Virus record (IMG/VR): IMGVR_UViG_3300005613_000001
Location: 372,001-436,000 of that record
Length of the DNA stretch: 64,000 nt
Strand: one strand, 5' to 3'
The position numbers and the translations under genes were made by a program. This document shows, one piece after another, positions 48,655-57,338 of this stretch (within the stretch, counting starts at the first letter, position 1; each line of letters starts with the position of its first letter). The notes under the pieces are model-generated. The model was not told the origin of the DNA. It ran no database searches and was given only the letters and a program-made list of their open reading frames with translations.

Positions 48655-49704
48655 CTATTCACTTACTTGCTCTTCTGTAACCCAACATTTCATTAACCGT
48701 AGATAAGAGTCAGAATCTTCCATTACATCGGTATGGCGTGATCGTTTAAATAACAAAATTAACGTGTGCCACTCGCCCGCTGCCGGTAAATTCGCCCCTA
48801 ATGCTGTGCTTACTTTCTCATACACTCTCAATTCTTCTGCATTCGTCAATTCAAAATCACCAACCGTTTCCAATTCATATCCACCACACTCTGCATAGCT
48901 CCACCAATAGGGGGCTGTGTTTAATAGTGTTCCCGATGGCGAACCATCAAATTCTTCTCTAAACGCCCCACCTTCCGCAGCATTTTCTGCACCAACGTTG
49001 GTCTTTAAAATATAAGTAGGAGCCCCAAGAACATAAGTAGTCCCATTGTGTTGGGCACATTCAAATACACAGAGGCGGTGACAAAAAGAGTGGTGACCAT
49101 CTTCAGTGGGCGGATCAAGATTTGTCATCGCACGAATTAATTGTGGATGGCCCGAAAGTAGTGTCTCACCGTCTTCTGGCCCTGGCGTTATATCCGAACT
49201 TGCCTCATCAAGATCATCATAACTACAAACATCCTCGCCCCAAGTTCCATAATACCAAGATGCAATCAACCATTGAGTCCCATCTGATACAACATGCATC
49301 CCCACTGCTTGATTGGTGGTAGACCATTCTGCCAAACCATCTACAAGGAAACCTTCACTTTTGAGAGTCAAAGCCGCAGTAGAAGTATTGGCTCGTTTTA
49401 TAACATATTCTTCCCCACTACACCCTCTAGGATCAGGCAAGTTAACAGTGGTAGCATCTTCAGATGTTACGACAATTAGATGGTCTTCAAAGGTCACATA
49501 AATAATGGTCACAGAAGACTCAACAACTCTAATTTCAAGCCCGTTTCTAAACTGAACGTGCTTATTGGCGGGACCACCAGTTTTGTTAACAGAGGCGGCT
49601 GGGCTATTCGCCTTGAGAACCTTATGCATGTCATCAAGAGTATAGCCTCTTAATTTACCTTCTGCCGAGCCGGGGCCTGTGCCTGTTGCTGATTGTGCGC
49701 CCAT
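48655..49704 (-). CDS. putative virion fibre protein (MGAQSATGTGPGSAEG)
   Basis: shared N-terminal arm; TVNLP..G..YVIK..VDG..SDGTQW fibre-like module. Confidence 0.7.
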   Translation of the reverse strand: MGAQSATGTGPGSAEGKLRGYTLDDMHKVLKANSPAASVNKTGGPANKHVQFRNGLEIRVVESSVTIIYVTFEDHLIVVTSEDATTVNLPDPRGCSGEEYVIKRANTSTAALTLKSEGFLVDGLAEWSTTNQAVGMHVVSDGTQWLIASWYYGTWGEDVCSYDDLDEASSDITPGPEDGETLLSGHPQLIRAMTNLDPPTEDGHHSFCHRLCVFECAQHNGTTYVLGAPTYILKTNVGAENAAEGGAFREEFDGSPSGTLLNTAPYWWSYAECGGYELETVGDFELTNAEELRVYEKVSTALGANLPAAGEWHTLILLFKRSRHTDVMEDSDSYLRLMKCWVTEEQVSE

Positions 49705-49716
49705 TAAAATATATAT

Positions 49717-50238
49717 CTACTCGGTCAGCTTTCTATAAAGGCTAATCGGACTTTCTTTCCAATGTGCTGAGTTAATCCGCCCCGTTTGACTTATCATATC
49801 GCCTACATAGTGACTACAATGCATTCCAATTACTTCACGATTGACTAGCCAACCCCTTAAAGAATATGGTCTTCCAATATGTGAATTAGCATATTTCTTC
49901 ATTTTGGCAAGCTCTTCCCCGGTATAGGGCACATCAGGCTGCACATAATACACTTCTAGGCTTCTACGAAATCTTTGACGCCTAACTGTTTTTTCTAAAT
50001 ATGTGCTTAATAGTGTTCTTTGCACGCCACCTGGGGCTGCTTCGTAAGCCCAATGTCTGCCATCTTCATACAAAACAATAGCCACATGACACATATGACT
50101 TCCTGTGTGTCTTGCAATGGGGCGAGAGAAGAATCCATTCTTAAAGAATATGACTGTTCCCTCTGCCATTTCCGCTGAAAAAACAGGTGTACAGAGTAGT
50201 ACAAAAAATAAGAATAGAGATAAAACGATCCTGTTCAT
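49717..50238 (-). CDS. exported permuted papain-like NlpC/P60 (YiiX/YebB-like) hydrolase
   Basis: HVAIV before IGRPY..HCS..V; signal peptide. Confidence 0.85.
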   Translation of the reverse strand: MNRIVLSLFLFFVLLCTPVFSAEMAEGTVIFFKNGFFSRPIARHTGSHMCHVAIVLYEDGRHWAYEAAPGGVQRTLLSTYLEKTVRRQRFRRSLEVYYVQPDVPYTGEELAKMKKYANSHIGRPYSLRGWLVNREVIGMHCSHYVGDMISQTGRINSAHWKESPISLYRKLTE

Positions 50239-50273
50239 AGCACTCCTTTACAAAATCCTCTACTAATATTTAT

Positions 50274-51590
50274 TCAGTTACAAACAATAATACAAGAATA
50301 CCAAACACCATTTGATCCTTTTGCCATATCTGCGCCAAAGTAACGATGTTGTTTTGAAGCAACAGACCAATGACCTGGCGATTCTTTCCAACATTTAAAC
50401 ATTTCCCACCCTAAATCAAACATTGAATCATTTTCTTGTCGTTTCCATGATTCGGCACAAATCTCTGCTGTCTCTCTCCCTAAACCAGCATTCATAATCT
50501 CTTGAGAGCGTTTGTTGAAATTTTGATGTCCTTGTGTCCGAACTCTTGCTTGATATTCTGCGTGTTTTGTAGCTAATTCCATCAATAGTGGATGGGGTTC
50601 TGATTTACAAACATTAGCCCCCGGAAATTGCAGCCCCGCCTCTATAAGACCTTCTGATGTGTTGTGCAAGTCGGGCTTTGCATTATTTTCAAATGCTATT
50701 GGGGCCTCTTTCATAAAATATAACGCCGCCTCATAAGTTCTATTAAACTCATCTTTGATTTCATTATCTGAGGGGGGTCTTTGATGTGTGCCGAATTCAA
50801 TAATAATTCCAAATGCACCTTGTCTATCTGCCCAATTGGCATCTAGAGTTGGCCCAGCAGATCCACCTCTAGTTCTATAGCCTGACAAGTCGCCCATTTT
50901 CCCGCATATTCTTTTGTAGGCGTCTTTATTTGAAGGATATATAAATACCCTTCCATAAGAGTGCCCTGAGGCAAAGGCATCAAATTCCTGTTTTTTAAAG
51001 AAATCTCTTAAATTTTGAATAGGCGTTACTGACTTTTTGTTGTCATAAAAATTCCTATTGGGATCAACCCCGTCTACGCTTCTACTATTGGGGTAACTAT
51101 CGGGGGATATAACTGGAATAAACCACAGTTCTCTTGTATCTACAAGTTCTGTAATTTTTGCATCTTTCCCATAATTATCTAGAATAGTTCCAATCCACCC
51201 CAATACAGTGCAGGTAGAAATAGGCTCATTACCATGAATACAACCCGACATCAAAACTTTGGGTTTGTCACCTGTTTTCATCTCATTGGTAATGCGAATA
51301 TAAACTTGATCCTTATTTTTAGTTGTTTTCCCATAGGTTCCAATCTCAACTAAATCTTCCGCTTCTTTTTCCCACGCTTTTAATTGCTCCACTAATTGTG
51401 GATACTCCATAAAAGATGGGATAACAACCGAAATGTTGGGTTGTTGCGGCTCTTGAGGTTGAGTCAGTTCGGAAACTGCTCCCTCAAATTTCTTAAAGAG
51501 TTCTTCTACTGGTCTTTCTGTTGACGTGGAGTAGAAGAAGAGTGTAGATAGCACAAACAGTGCTATAAATAGAATAACCTTCTTGTCCAT
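50274..51590 (-). CDS. exported M14 zinc carboxypeptidase fused to CAP-like domain
   Basis: IHGNE, DPNRN, HSYG, IEFG; C-terminal H..F..R, EICAES, W..SPGH. Confidence 0.88.
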   Translation of the reverse strand: MDKKVILFIALFVLSTLFFYSTSTERPVEELFKKFEGAVSELTQPQEPQQPNISVVIPSFMEYPQLVEQLKAWEKEAEDLVEIGTYGKTTKNKDQVYIRITNEMKTGDKPKVLMSGCIHGNEPISTCTVLGWIGTILDNYGKDAKITELVDTRELWFIPVISPDSYPNSRSVDGVDPNRNFYDNKKSVTPIQNLRDFFKKQEFDAFASGHSYGRVFIYPSNKDAYKRICGKMGDLSGYRTRGGSAGPTLDANWADRQGAFGIIIEFGTHQRPPSDNEIKDEFNRTYEAALYFMKEAPIAFENNAKPDLHNTSEGLIEAGLQFPGANVCKSEPHPLLMELATKHAEYQARVRTQGHQNFNKRSQEIMNAGLGRETAEICAESWKRQENDSMFDLGWEMFKCWKESPGHWSVASKQHRYFGADMAKGSNGVWYSCIIVCN

Positions 51591-51645
51591 AACAAGTAAT
51601 CCTTTACTAAAAATCCTTCCATGCTATTTATTGTTGATATCGAAT

Positions 51646-51680
51646 AAAAAACCCGCCTCAAAATTAATTGAGGCGGGTTT
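51646..51680. terminator. intrinsic terminator after major capsid gene
   Basis: AAAAACCCGCCTCAA AATTAA TTGAGGCGGGTTT. Confidence 0.9.
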
Positions 51681-51702
51681 AATTATTTTATGTAATCTAC
51701 GA

Positions 51703-53178
51703 TTAGATCACGAAGTTTGCAATTGACAGACGGGCGTAGAACTTACTTCCTTCACGGAGCAACTTCTTACCGTAACGTGTCAAGATACCCTTCCTCGGGC
51801 AGAAGCTCTCGGGGTCCAACACAACCGGAGTTTGTGTCAGGGGCACGTATGGAAGGTAGAAGTAACCAGCGTCCATGTAGCTGTCACCCTTGTAACCCAT
51901 AAGGATCTGGCCTTGTGGGAACAGAGGATCTTTGTACAGACGCCAACGGCTATTCACCGTACCAACGTACTGGATACCTAGAGAACTTGTGAAAGTCTCG
52001 GAAGGTGCAGGAGCGAAACCAGCGGTAGCTGTTTCAAAGATAGAAGCAACTTCAGGAGAAGTAACAAGCCAGTTACATCCACCACGAAGAGTCTTTCTAT
52101 GAACAACGTTACTGACTTCTACGATCTTCACGTAGAGGCTTTCATAACGCTCTTTAATTGTGTCACCCAAAGCGGTATTGAAGTCCCAAGAAGCAACCGT
52201 ACCAGCGTTGTTACGAAGGTCAGTAAGAACTTCTCGGTCAATTTCCAAGTTAATTTCTTGGGCCAAAACGGCTGTCAATTCAGCTTCAGCGTCAAGGTTG
52301 TGCTGGCTACGAAGGTCTTGTTGAGCTTCATAGGACCAAACAGCCTTAAGCTTTCTTGTCTTGGCAGCGACTTCTTCGCTTTCCACGACTAAATTAATTT
52401 CGGGCAGATCAGGGTTGCATTCCATGTTATATTCATAGTTTGCGACAACAGAGTTGTCCCCAGGCCCGGCTCCCCCGCCACCAGTGTCAGACCACGCAAT
52501 TACTAGCTCACCTGTGGTGAGGTCTAGCGAACTACCGGCTGCTAGTGGGGTATAATCAGGAGCACCAATAGCATTAACGGTGAAAGTACCACTCTCATCG
52601 ATGGCATACGTAGCAACTGCTGTAGCACCATCATAAATCGTACCTGTCATCGTTCCTGCCAAAATTGGCGTGTGTTCAAGCGGAGCGAAAACACTTGTCA
52701 TATCTAAACCATCATCAGTGGAACTCGTCTCATTCTGGACGAACTGGTGAGAGTAGTAGATATCAAGGTTTGCATCACCACTTGCCAACTGTTGAAGTGA
52801 ATTCACATCGTCAGTTGGGTAGCCGCCATTATTATCAGCACCACGGGTTGCGCCCTTGTTGCTGCTGTAACGGAAGCGTAGGTAATAAACCAAACCAGTT
52901 GGGCCAAGCAATGGTTGTACGGATACAATCTTGTTAGCAATTAACTGGGGATAAATACGACGTACAAGCGGAATAGAAATACGCTTGAACTGGGCAATGT
53001 CGCCCGTGTCGGTTGAAGTCTCGTTGAAAAGCATTTGGTTTTCAAGCATAACGGCAGTGTTCTTGCGAATGAATTCATCATCCAGGTCGCCATCTACACT
53101 CTCAAGAAGACCAGTCTTTTCCCACTTGGCTTCACAAACTTTACTTTCATTCAAAAGTTTTGAATTACCACTAAACAT
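51703..53178 (-). CDS. T4-like major capsid protein gp23
   Basis: LENQ, LVRR..P.L.A..IVSVQP..GPTG, AKTRKLKA.W..E..QDL, EINLEIDRE, PYVPL, TRYG. Confidence 0.97.
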   Translation of the reverse strand: MFSGNSKLLNESKVCEAKWEKTGLLESVDGDLDDEFIRKNTAVMLENQMLFNETSTDTGDIAQFKRISIPLVRRIYPQLIANKIVSVQPLLGPTGLVYYLRFRYSSNKGATRGADNNGGYPTDDVNSLQQLASGDANLDIYYSHQFVQNETSSTDDGLDMTSVFAPLEHTPILAGTMTGTIYDGATAVATYAIDESGTFTVNAIGAPDYTPLAAGSSLDLTTGELVIAWSDTGGGGAGPGDNSVVANYEYNMECNPDLPEINLVVESEEVAAKTRKLKAVWSYEAQQDLRSQHNLDAEAELTAVLAQEINLEIDREVLTDLRNNAGTVASWDFNTALGDTIKERYESLYVKIVEVSNVVHRKTLRGGCNWLVTSPEVASIFETATAGFAPAPSETFTSSLGIQYVGTVNSRWRLYKDPLFPQGQILMGYKGDSYMDAGYFYLPYVPLTQTPVVLDPESFCPRKGILTRYGKKLLREGSKFYARLSIANFVI

Positions 53179-53195
53179 TGTTTAACCTCGCAATA

Positions 53196-54131
53196 TTATT
53201 TAACACCTGCAAGCTTTTTGATGGCGGCAAGGTCACCAAAACTCTCGCTCAGTGTGTCAGTTTCCTCTTGTTTGCTTTCTTTAACTACTTCCGGTTCGTC
53301 AAACTCAGCAATCAATTTTTCGTCTGTTACGACTTGTCCTCTCCCCGTTGCGCTCTCTGCTTTTTCAACTCTTTCATTCTGTTCTGAGATAACCTCTTTT
53401 TCCTTATCGGATTCTTTGGCTTCTCTATATTCTTTCAAGACCTGTGCGGCCTCGTTTAATTGTTCTTGCATCTTTGTGTTATCAGTAGAGATGCGGATAT
53501 TACGCCCCTCCATGATCTTCACTTGTGCCTTCAGCTTATCAAGCTCTTGGCGAGCTTCGTCCAGCTTAGAGCTAGTAGCAAGTTGTGCTTCTTCTTCTGA
53601 GAGATAGTCGGAAGTGAGTTCAACAATCTTGTCAAGGACAACTTTATGCTCAGCCATACGTGGGTCATTAATAATGTCACGTTTAGCTTGTTCATAAATT
53701 TCTTTACCCTTGTGCTGTAGGAATGCATCAACCTTATCAACGATATATTCTTTCATATCATTGAGTTTGGAATCATACTCTTCCAACATTGTTGTCTCGA
53801 TATCAGTATTCTTGCCCTTCTCTTCTTCAATCATCTTGTAGGCTTCTTCATACTGCTCTTCGAGCATCTTTTCAAACTCTTCTTTAAGAGCTTCTTTCCT
53901 CATCTCTTGGTCCTTAATAATGGCAACGGCTTCTTGATAGCCTTCGTAGGCAACTCGTTCCGCTTCCTCAAGCTCGGAAGAGAGATTTTTGTAGGCTTCT
54001 TCGAGATTTGCCTCATACTCGCCTTCGAGTTCCTTTTTGGCCTCTTCTACCATTTCTTGGACAACAGAAGCTACTTCATTAGTTTGCTCTTCTGGTAATA
54101 ACTGTTTTAGTGCTTCTAATAGCTTATCCAT
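53196..54131 (-). CDS. prohead core scaffold protein (gp22-like)
   Basis: acidic coiled coil between protease and MCP; KKLAGV tail. Confidence 0.85.
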   Translation of the reverse strand: MDKLLEALKQLLPEEQTNEVASVVQEMVEEAKKELEGEYEANLEEAYKNLSSELEEAERVAYEGYQEAVAIIKDQEMRKEALKEEFEKMLEEQYEEAYKMIEEEKGKNTDIETTMLEEYDSKLNDMKEYIVDKVDAFLQHKGKEIYEQAKRDIINDPRMAEHKVVLDKIVELTSDYLSEEEAQLATSSKLDEARQELDKLKAQVKIMEGRNIRISTDNTKMQEQLNEAAQVLKEYREAKESDKEKEVISEQNERVEKAESATGRGQVVTDEKLIAEFDEPEVVKESKQEETDTLSESFGDLAAIKKLAGVK

Positions 54132-54855
54132 CGATTAACCTCGCTTTAAATTCGGAAGTCTGTCTGTGTACAAGACCGCTCAATATAACAACTAAAGCAT
54201 CTTTGTTGTTCTTATTATGTATGCTCGTAGCTTCATTTTTGGGCGGACTATTTTGTGGCGTAATAACTTCACGTTGATTATTAGCCACTCGTTGTTGGAA
54301 CGCAGCATAGGTAGAAGGATCAGCTACAGCGTCGAAAGTAATCAACTTATAGCTTTCGCCTATAATAAAAATACCTTCTTCGTTTACCTTTCCGTTACCA
54401 ACTCCACGGGATGATATTCCCACGCGGATATCATCATCAATTAAACTCTTCAAAACTTTACCACAGGGAGTATTAAGAATTTGACCCTCTCCCATCAAAG
54501 TGTTATTATCCCACCAAAGCTTGGTTACAACGTGAGAAGCTTCTTTAAAATGGATAATACTGTCCGTTGGGTGGTCAAGTTCCCCTAACAATCCCCTGTT
54601 GTTTACAGTTTCTTCAAGTCTTTTTAAGTTCGTGTCAAGGACATTATATGGATACATCCTTTTATTTTTGTTAACTGCCTCTGCTTCTTGGAATTTGCCT
54701 TTGAAAGTCATCAAAGACTTCTTCCCAACAGAAGCCGATTCATTCAATTCACACTCATTTAGCAAGAAACCAACATTTTCAACAAGAAGTCTATCGCTAT
54801 ACTCCTTGCCAGGAGTCGGATCATGCTCTACTAACAATAGAGGGTCCATATACAC
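54124..54855 (-). CDS. prohead protease gp21
   Basis: N.N.R.Y, LGELDHP, SH, TP.G, GISSRG.G, D.VADPS. Confidence 0.95.
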   Translation of the reverse strand: MYMDPLLLVEHDPTPGKEYSDRLLVENVGFLLNECELNESASVGKKSLMTFKGKFQEAEAVNKNKRMYPYNVLDTNLKRLEETVNNRGLLGELDHPTDSIIHFKEASHVVTKLWWDNNTLMGEGQILNTPCGKVLKSLIDDDIRVGISSRGVGNGKVNEEGIFIIGESYKLITFDAVADPSTYAAFQQRVANNQREVITPQNSPPKNEATSIHNKNNKDALVVILSGLVHRQTSEFKARLIDG

Positions 54856-54865
54856 TCCTTAAATG

Positions 54866-56698
54866 TTATTGGTCAATTACTAAATCTTGCTCTTTACCCT
54901 TGTTCATCTTATAAGACTGAGGCGTTTCAGCCTTCGGAACGTAAGGATTCTGCAAGCTGGGCCATGTGTCGGAACCTTGATCTTGACCTAAGCCGCCTTC
55001 ATGGTTCTTATCAACGCCGGGCTCACCCTTCATCGTATAATCACCAAATGGTTTCGGCACATACGGGTTCTGTAGGGAAGGATACGTCTCCGAATCGCCT
55101 ACATTGCCGTAACTGCTATTTCTCATCTTACTAGCCAAACCGCCCTTATAATTCTTTCCATCACTAACGGGAGCTACATCGCCCCAATCACCGGAGAAAT
55201 CATTTTTAGGACTGTAAGGTACGCCAGCGTTCTGAGCCATCCTGGGATGGTCACCACTTGTGGTGATATGAACTTTATTACTTGGATTCCACTCGCTCGT
55301 ATCGAGATTGGTTTCCATTAAATATTGCACCCATTCGGCTACTGTTTCAGCCAAATCAACATCGGGTTCAATTTCACCTTCTACAACAGCGTGTAAGTCA
55401 CGCAAGAATTCCTGAGCCTCTTCGGCCAGAATCTCATCACCATCTTTATTGGCCTGTGAATAAATTTCACCGACGACGGTGTAGAGATCATAGAAAACTT
55501 GCATTTCTACGCCAGCAGATTCGTCCAGTTCAGGATAGAACTGAGTTACAGCCTCTTGGAAGCATTCATATTCTTGACAATCAGTTTGATTGGCAAGCCT
55601 AAGAATTTTATCAATACTTTCAGTATGGATTTCGTGGGCTGTTCTTAAAATTCCCTCTGCCATAAAATCGCAAATTTGGTCATCATAAGCAGAAACCCCT
55701 GCGGTTTCTAATGCTTCTTGAACAACCTTTGCGAGTTCAGATTGTGTCAGATAGACAACATTGGGCCATTGGGTAATAATGCCTTCCAAAGATTCTTGCA
55801 AAGCATCTGAATCATCAAAAGCATTATGTCGTTTTAATTCTGCTACGGCCTTGCAGAAATCTGTGTTTTCAGCCAACCTCTTGCTACCGTCACGTAAGCA
55901 CTTGACTTCGTGATTGAGCGTTTTCCAGTTAAAACTGAGAATTTTACCTTCATTGCGGACATTAATGGTAGGAATGCGAAGGGCAACTACATTACCCTTT
56001 TCATCGTGCTTGGCAACAGATTCTTTTAATGCCGGTCCCAAAGCTCTAAAATCAACATATTCTAATACGTTTTGAGCAGTGGTATTAATTTGATTAACAA
56101 CTTCGGTAGCCATTTTCAGGCCAACCTTATGTCGTCTACGTTCCGCAGCCTGTCTCTCACGTCGCTTTTGAGCCGGACCCTTTAGGCGTGCAGCCTTTTT
56201 TCGTCCTCGCAACATGGCAGCTTTACGTGCCCCAGAATAATGCTTTCTAGGCTTTTTCACTAGCTTCTTCTTAACGCCATGCTTGGTCTCAACAGCCCTA
56301 TAACGTGCATCTTCCATTTGTCTCTTAACAACTGGCAAGCCTACGTAATCGTCAAAAATTTCATGGGCCTTCGTTTCATTGCCGTCTATTAATTCTTCAA
56401 CAAGACTACGAAGGGTTCCTCGGGCATTTTGTCGTTCCTGTTCCTCGTCAACCACCAACTCCTCAATACCCTCTAAGGTGATTGCATCCTTATCCAGCGT
56501 ATAGGACGCATAAATGTAGGTATCACTTAATGTTTCATAAAGAACGTGTGAATCGCCATAACAATGCAACGAAACGGCTTCTTGTTGTAATGCTTGGGCT
56601 AACACATCCTCTGCACCAACTAACTCTCGTTCGGCATTGGATAGTGATTCACTCTCGATCTTTCTAAATACATCAAAGTCAATTAGTTTTCGCTTCAT
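54866..56698 (-). CDS. large prohead-core-like protein
   Basis: between portal and protease; duplicated PSLQNPYVPK near C-terminus; AGGAG RBS. Confidence 0.75.
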   Translation of the reverse strand: MKRKLIDFDVFRKIESESLSNAERELVGAEDVLAQALQQEAVSLHCYGDSHVLYETLSDTYIYASYTLDKDAITLEGIEELVVDEEQERQNARGTLRSLVEELIDGNETKAHEIFDDYVGLPVVKRQMEDARYRAVETKHGVKKKLVKKPRKHYSGARKAAMLRGRKKAARLKGPAQKRRERQAAERRRHKVGLKMATEVVNQINTTAQNVLEYVDFRALGPALKESVAKHDEKGNVVALRIPTINVRNEGKILSFNWKTLNHEVKCLRDGSKRLAENTDFCKAVAELKRHNAFDDSDALQESLEGIITQWPNVVYLTQSELAKVVQEALETAGVSAYDDQICDFMAEGILRTAHEIHTESIDKILRLANQTDCQEYECFQEAVTQFYPELDESAGVEMQVFYDLYTVVGEIYSQANKDGDEILAEEAQEFLRDLHAVVEGEIEPDVDLAETVAEWVQYLMETNLDTSEWNPSNKVHITTSGDHPRMAQNAGVPYSPKNDFSGDWGDVAPVSDGKNYKGGLASKMRNSSYGNVGDSETYPSLQNPYVPKPFGDYTMKGEPGVDKNHEGGLGQDQGSDTWPSLQNPYVPKAETPQSYKMNKGKEQDLVIDQ

Positions 56699-56860
56699 AT
56701 TATGACTCCTTAAGCCGATGTACATGATAATTAACTCGTATGGTCTATATATGGAAGTAGCGGAGTTTTCTATTAACCTTTTGAGGTAAAATTACAACCA
56801 CTACTCATAAATAGCTACTAGTATTATTGTATGCAGCAACGCACAAAAAAGGGTTCATAA

Positions 56861-57328
56861 ATGATAACTTTCAAAGATTACGTTCAAAATAAGCAGTTAA
56901 TGGAATTTGATGCCTCTACTGATTTTATGGGAGGCGCAACAGATCCAGGTGGCCCTCTTGGTGGTGATTCCCCTCAAAAAGTACCCAGCAGTGACTCTGG
57001 AAAATGGAAATTCTCTAGAGGCGACGGTAGTAATAGCAGCGAACAAGCAGATAAAGCCCTAGCACAATTAAATAACCTAGTCCGAATGGTTATTGAACAC
57101 TCGCCCCCAACAGTATTAAGTTTTTTAACAAGAGTTAAGGGGCAAATGAATGACACTTTTAATCAGCAATTGCAAGACATGCAAAATTCCGGCGCATGGG
57201 CACAAATACAAGGCATGAGAAAGCCTAGAATAGCCAATAACCATCCATCTGATGATGGCTTGGAAACAATCGCCCCCAATGATGCTGACTCAGGTGGAGG
57301 CGCAGGTGGAGAAGAAGGTGGAGAATAA
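56861..57328 (+). CDS. putative internal head protein (MITFKDYVQNKQLME)
   Basis: CTS-like start; ATAAATA upstream. Confidence 0.7.
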   Translation: MITFKDYVQNKQLMEFDASTDFMGGATDPGGPLGGDSPQKVPSSDSGKWKFSRGDGSNSSEQADKALAQLNNLVRMVIEHSPPTVLSFLTRVKGQMNDTFNQQLQDMQNSGAWAQIQGMRKPRIANNHPSDDGLETIAPNDADSGGGAGGEEGGE

Positions 57329-57338
57329 TAACTAATTA

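Noticed and set aside
50080-50086. Upstream UGUGGCU as the conventional 5' splice site of the group I intron
   Set aside because: Splicing would truncate an intact NlpC/P60 gene and hit a stop after 10 codons; kept only as a less likely alternative.
51394-51405. 12-nt match (AATTGTGGATAC) to the seed of the spacer at 33010-33042
   Set aside because: Flank is ACT, not TTN; intragenic; one such hit among about 20 spacers in an AT-rich 64 kb window is plausible by chance.
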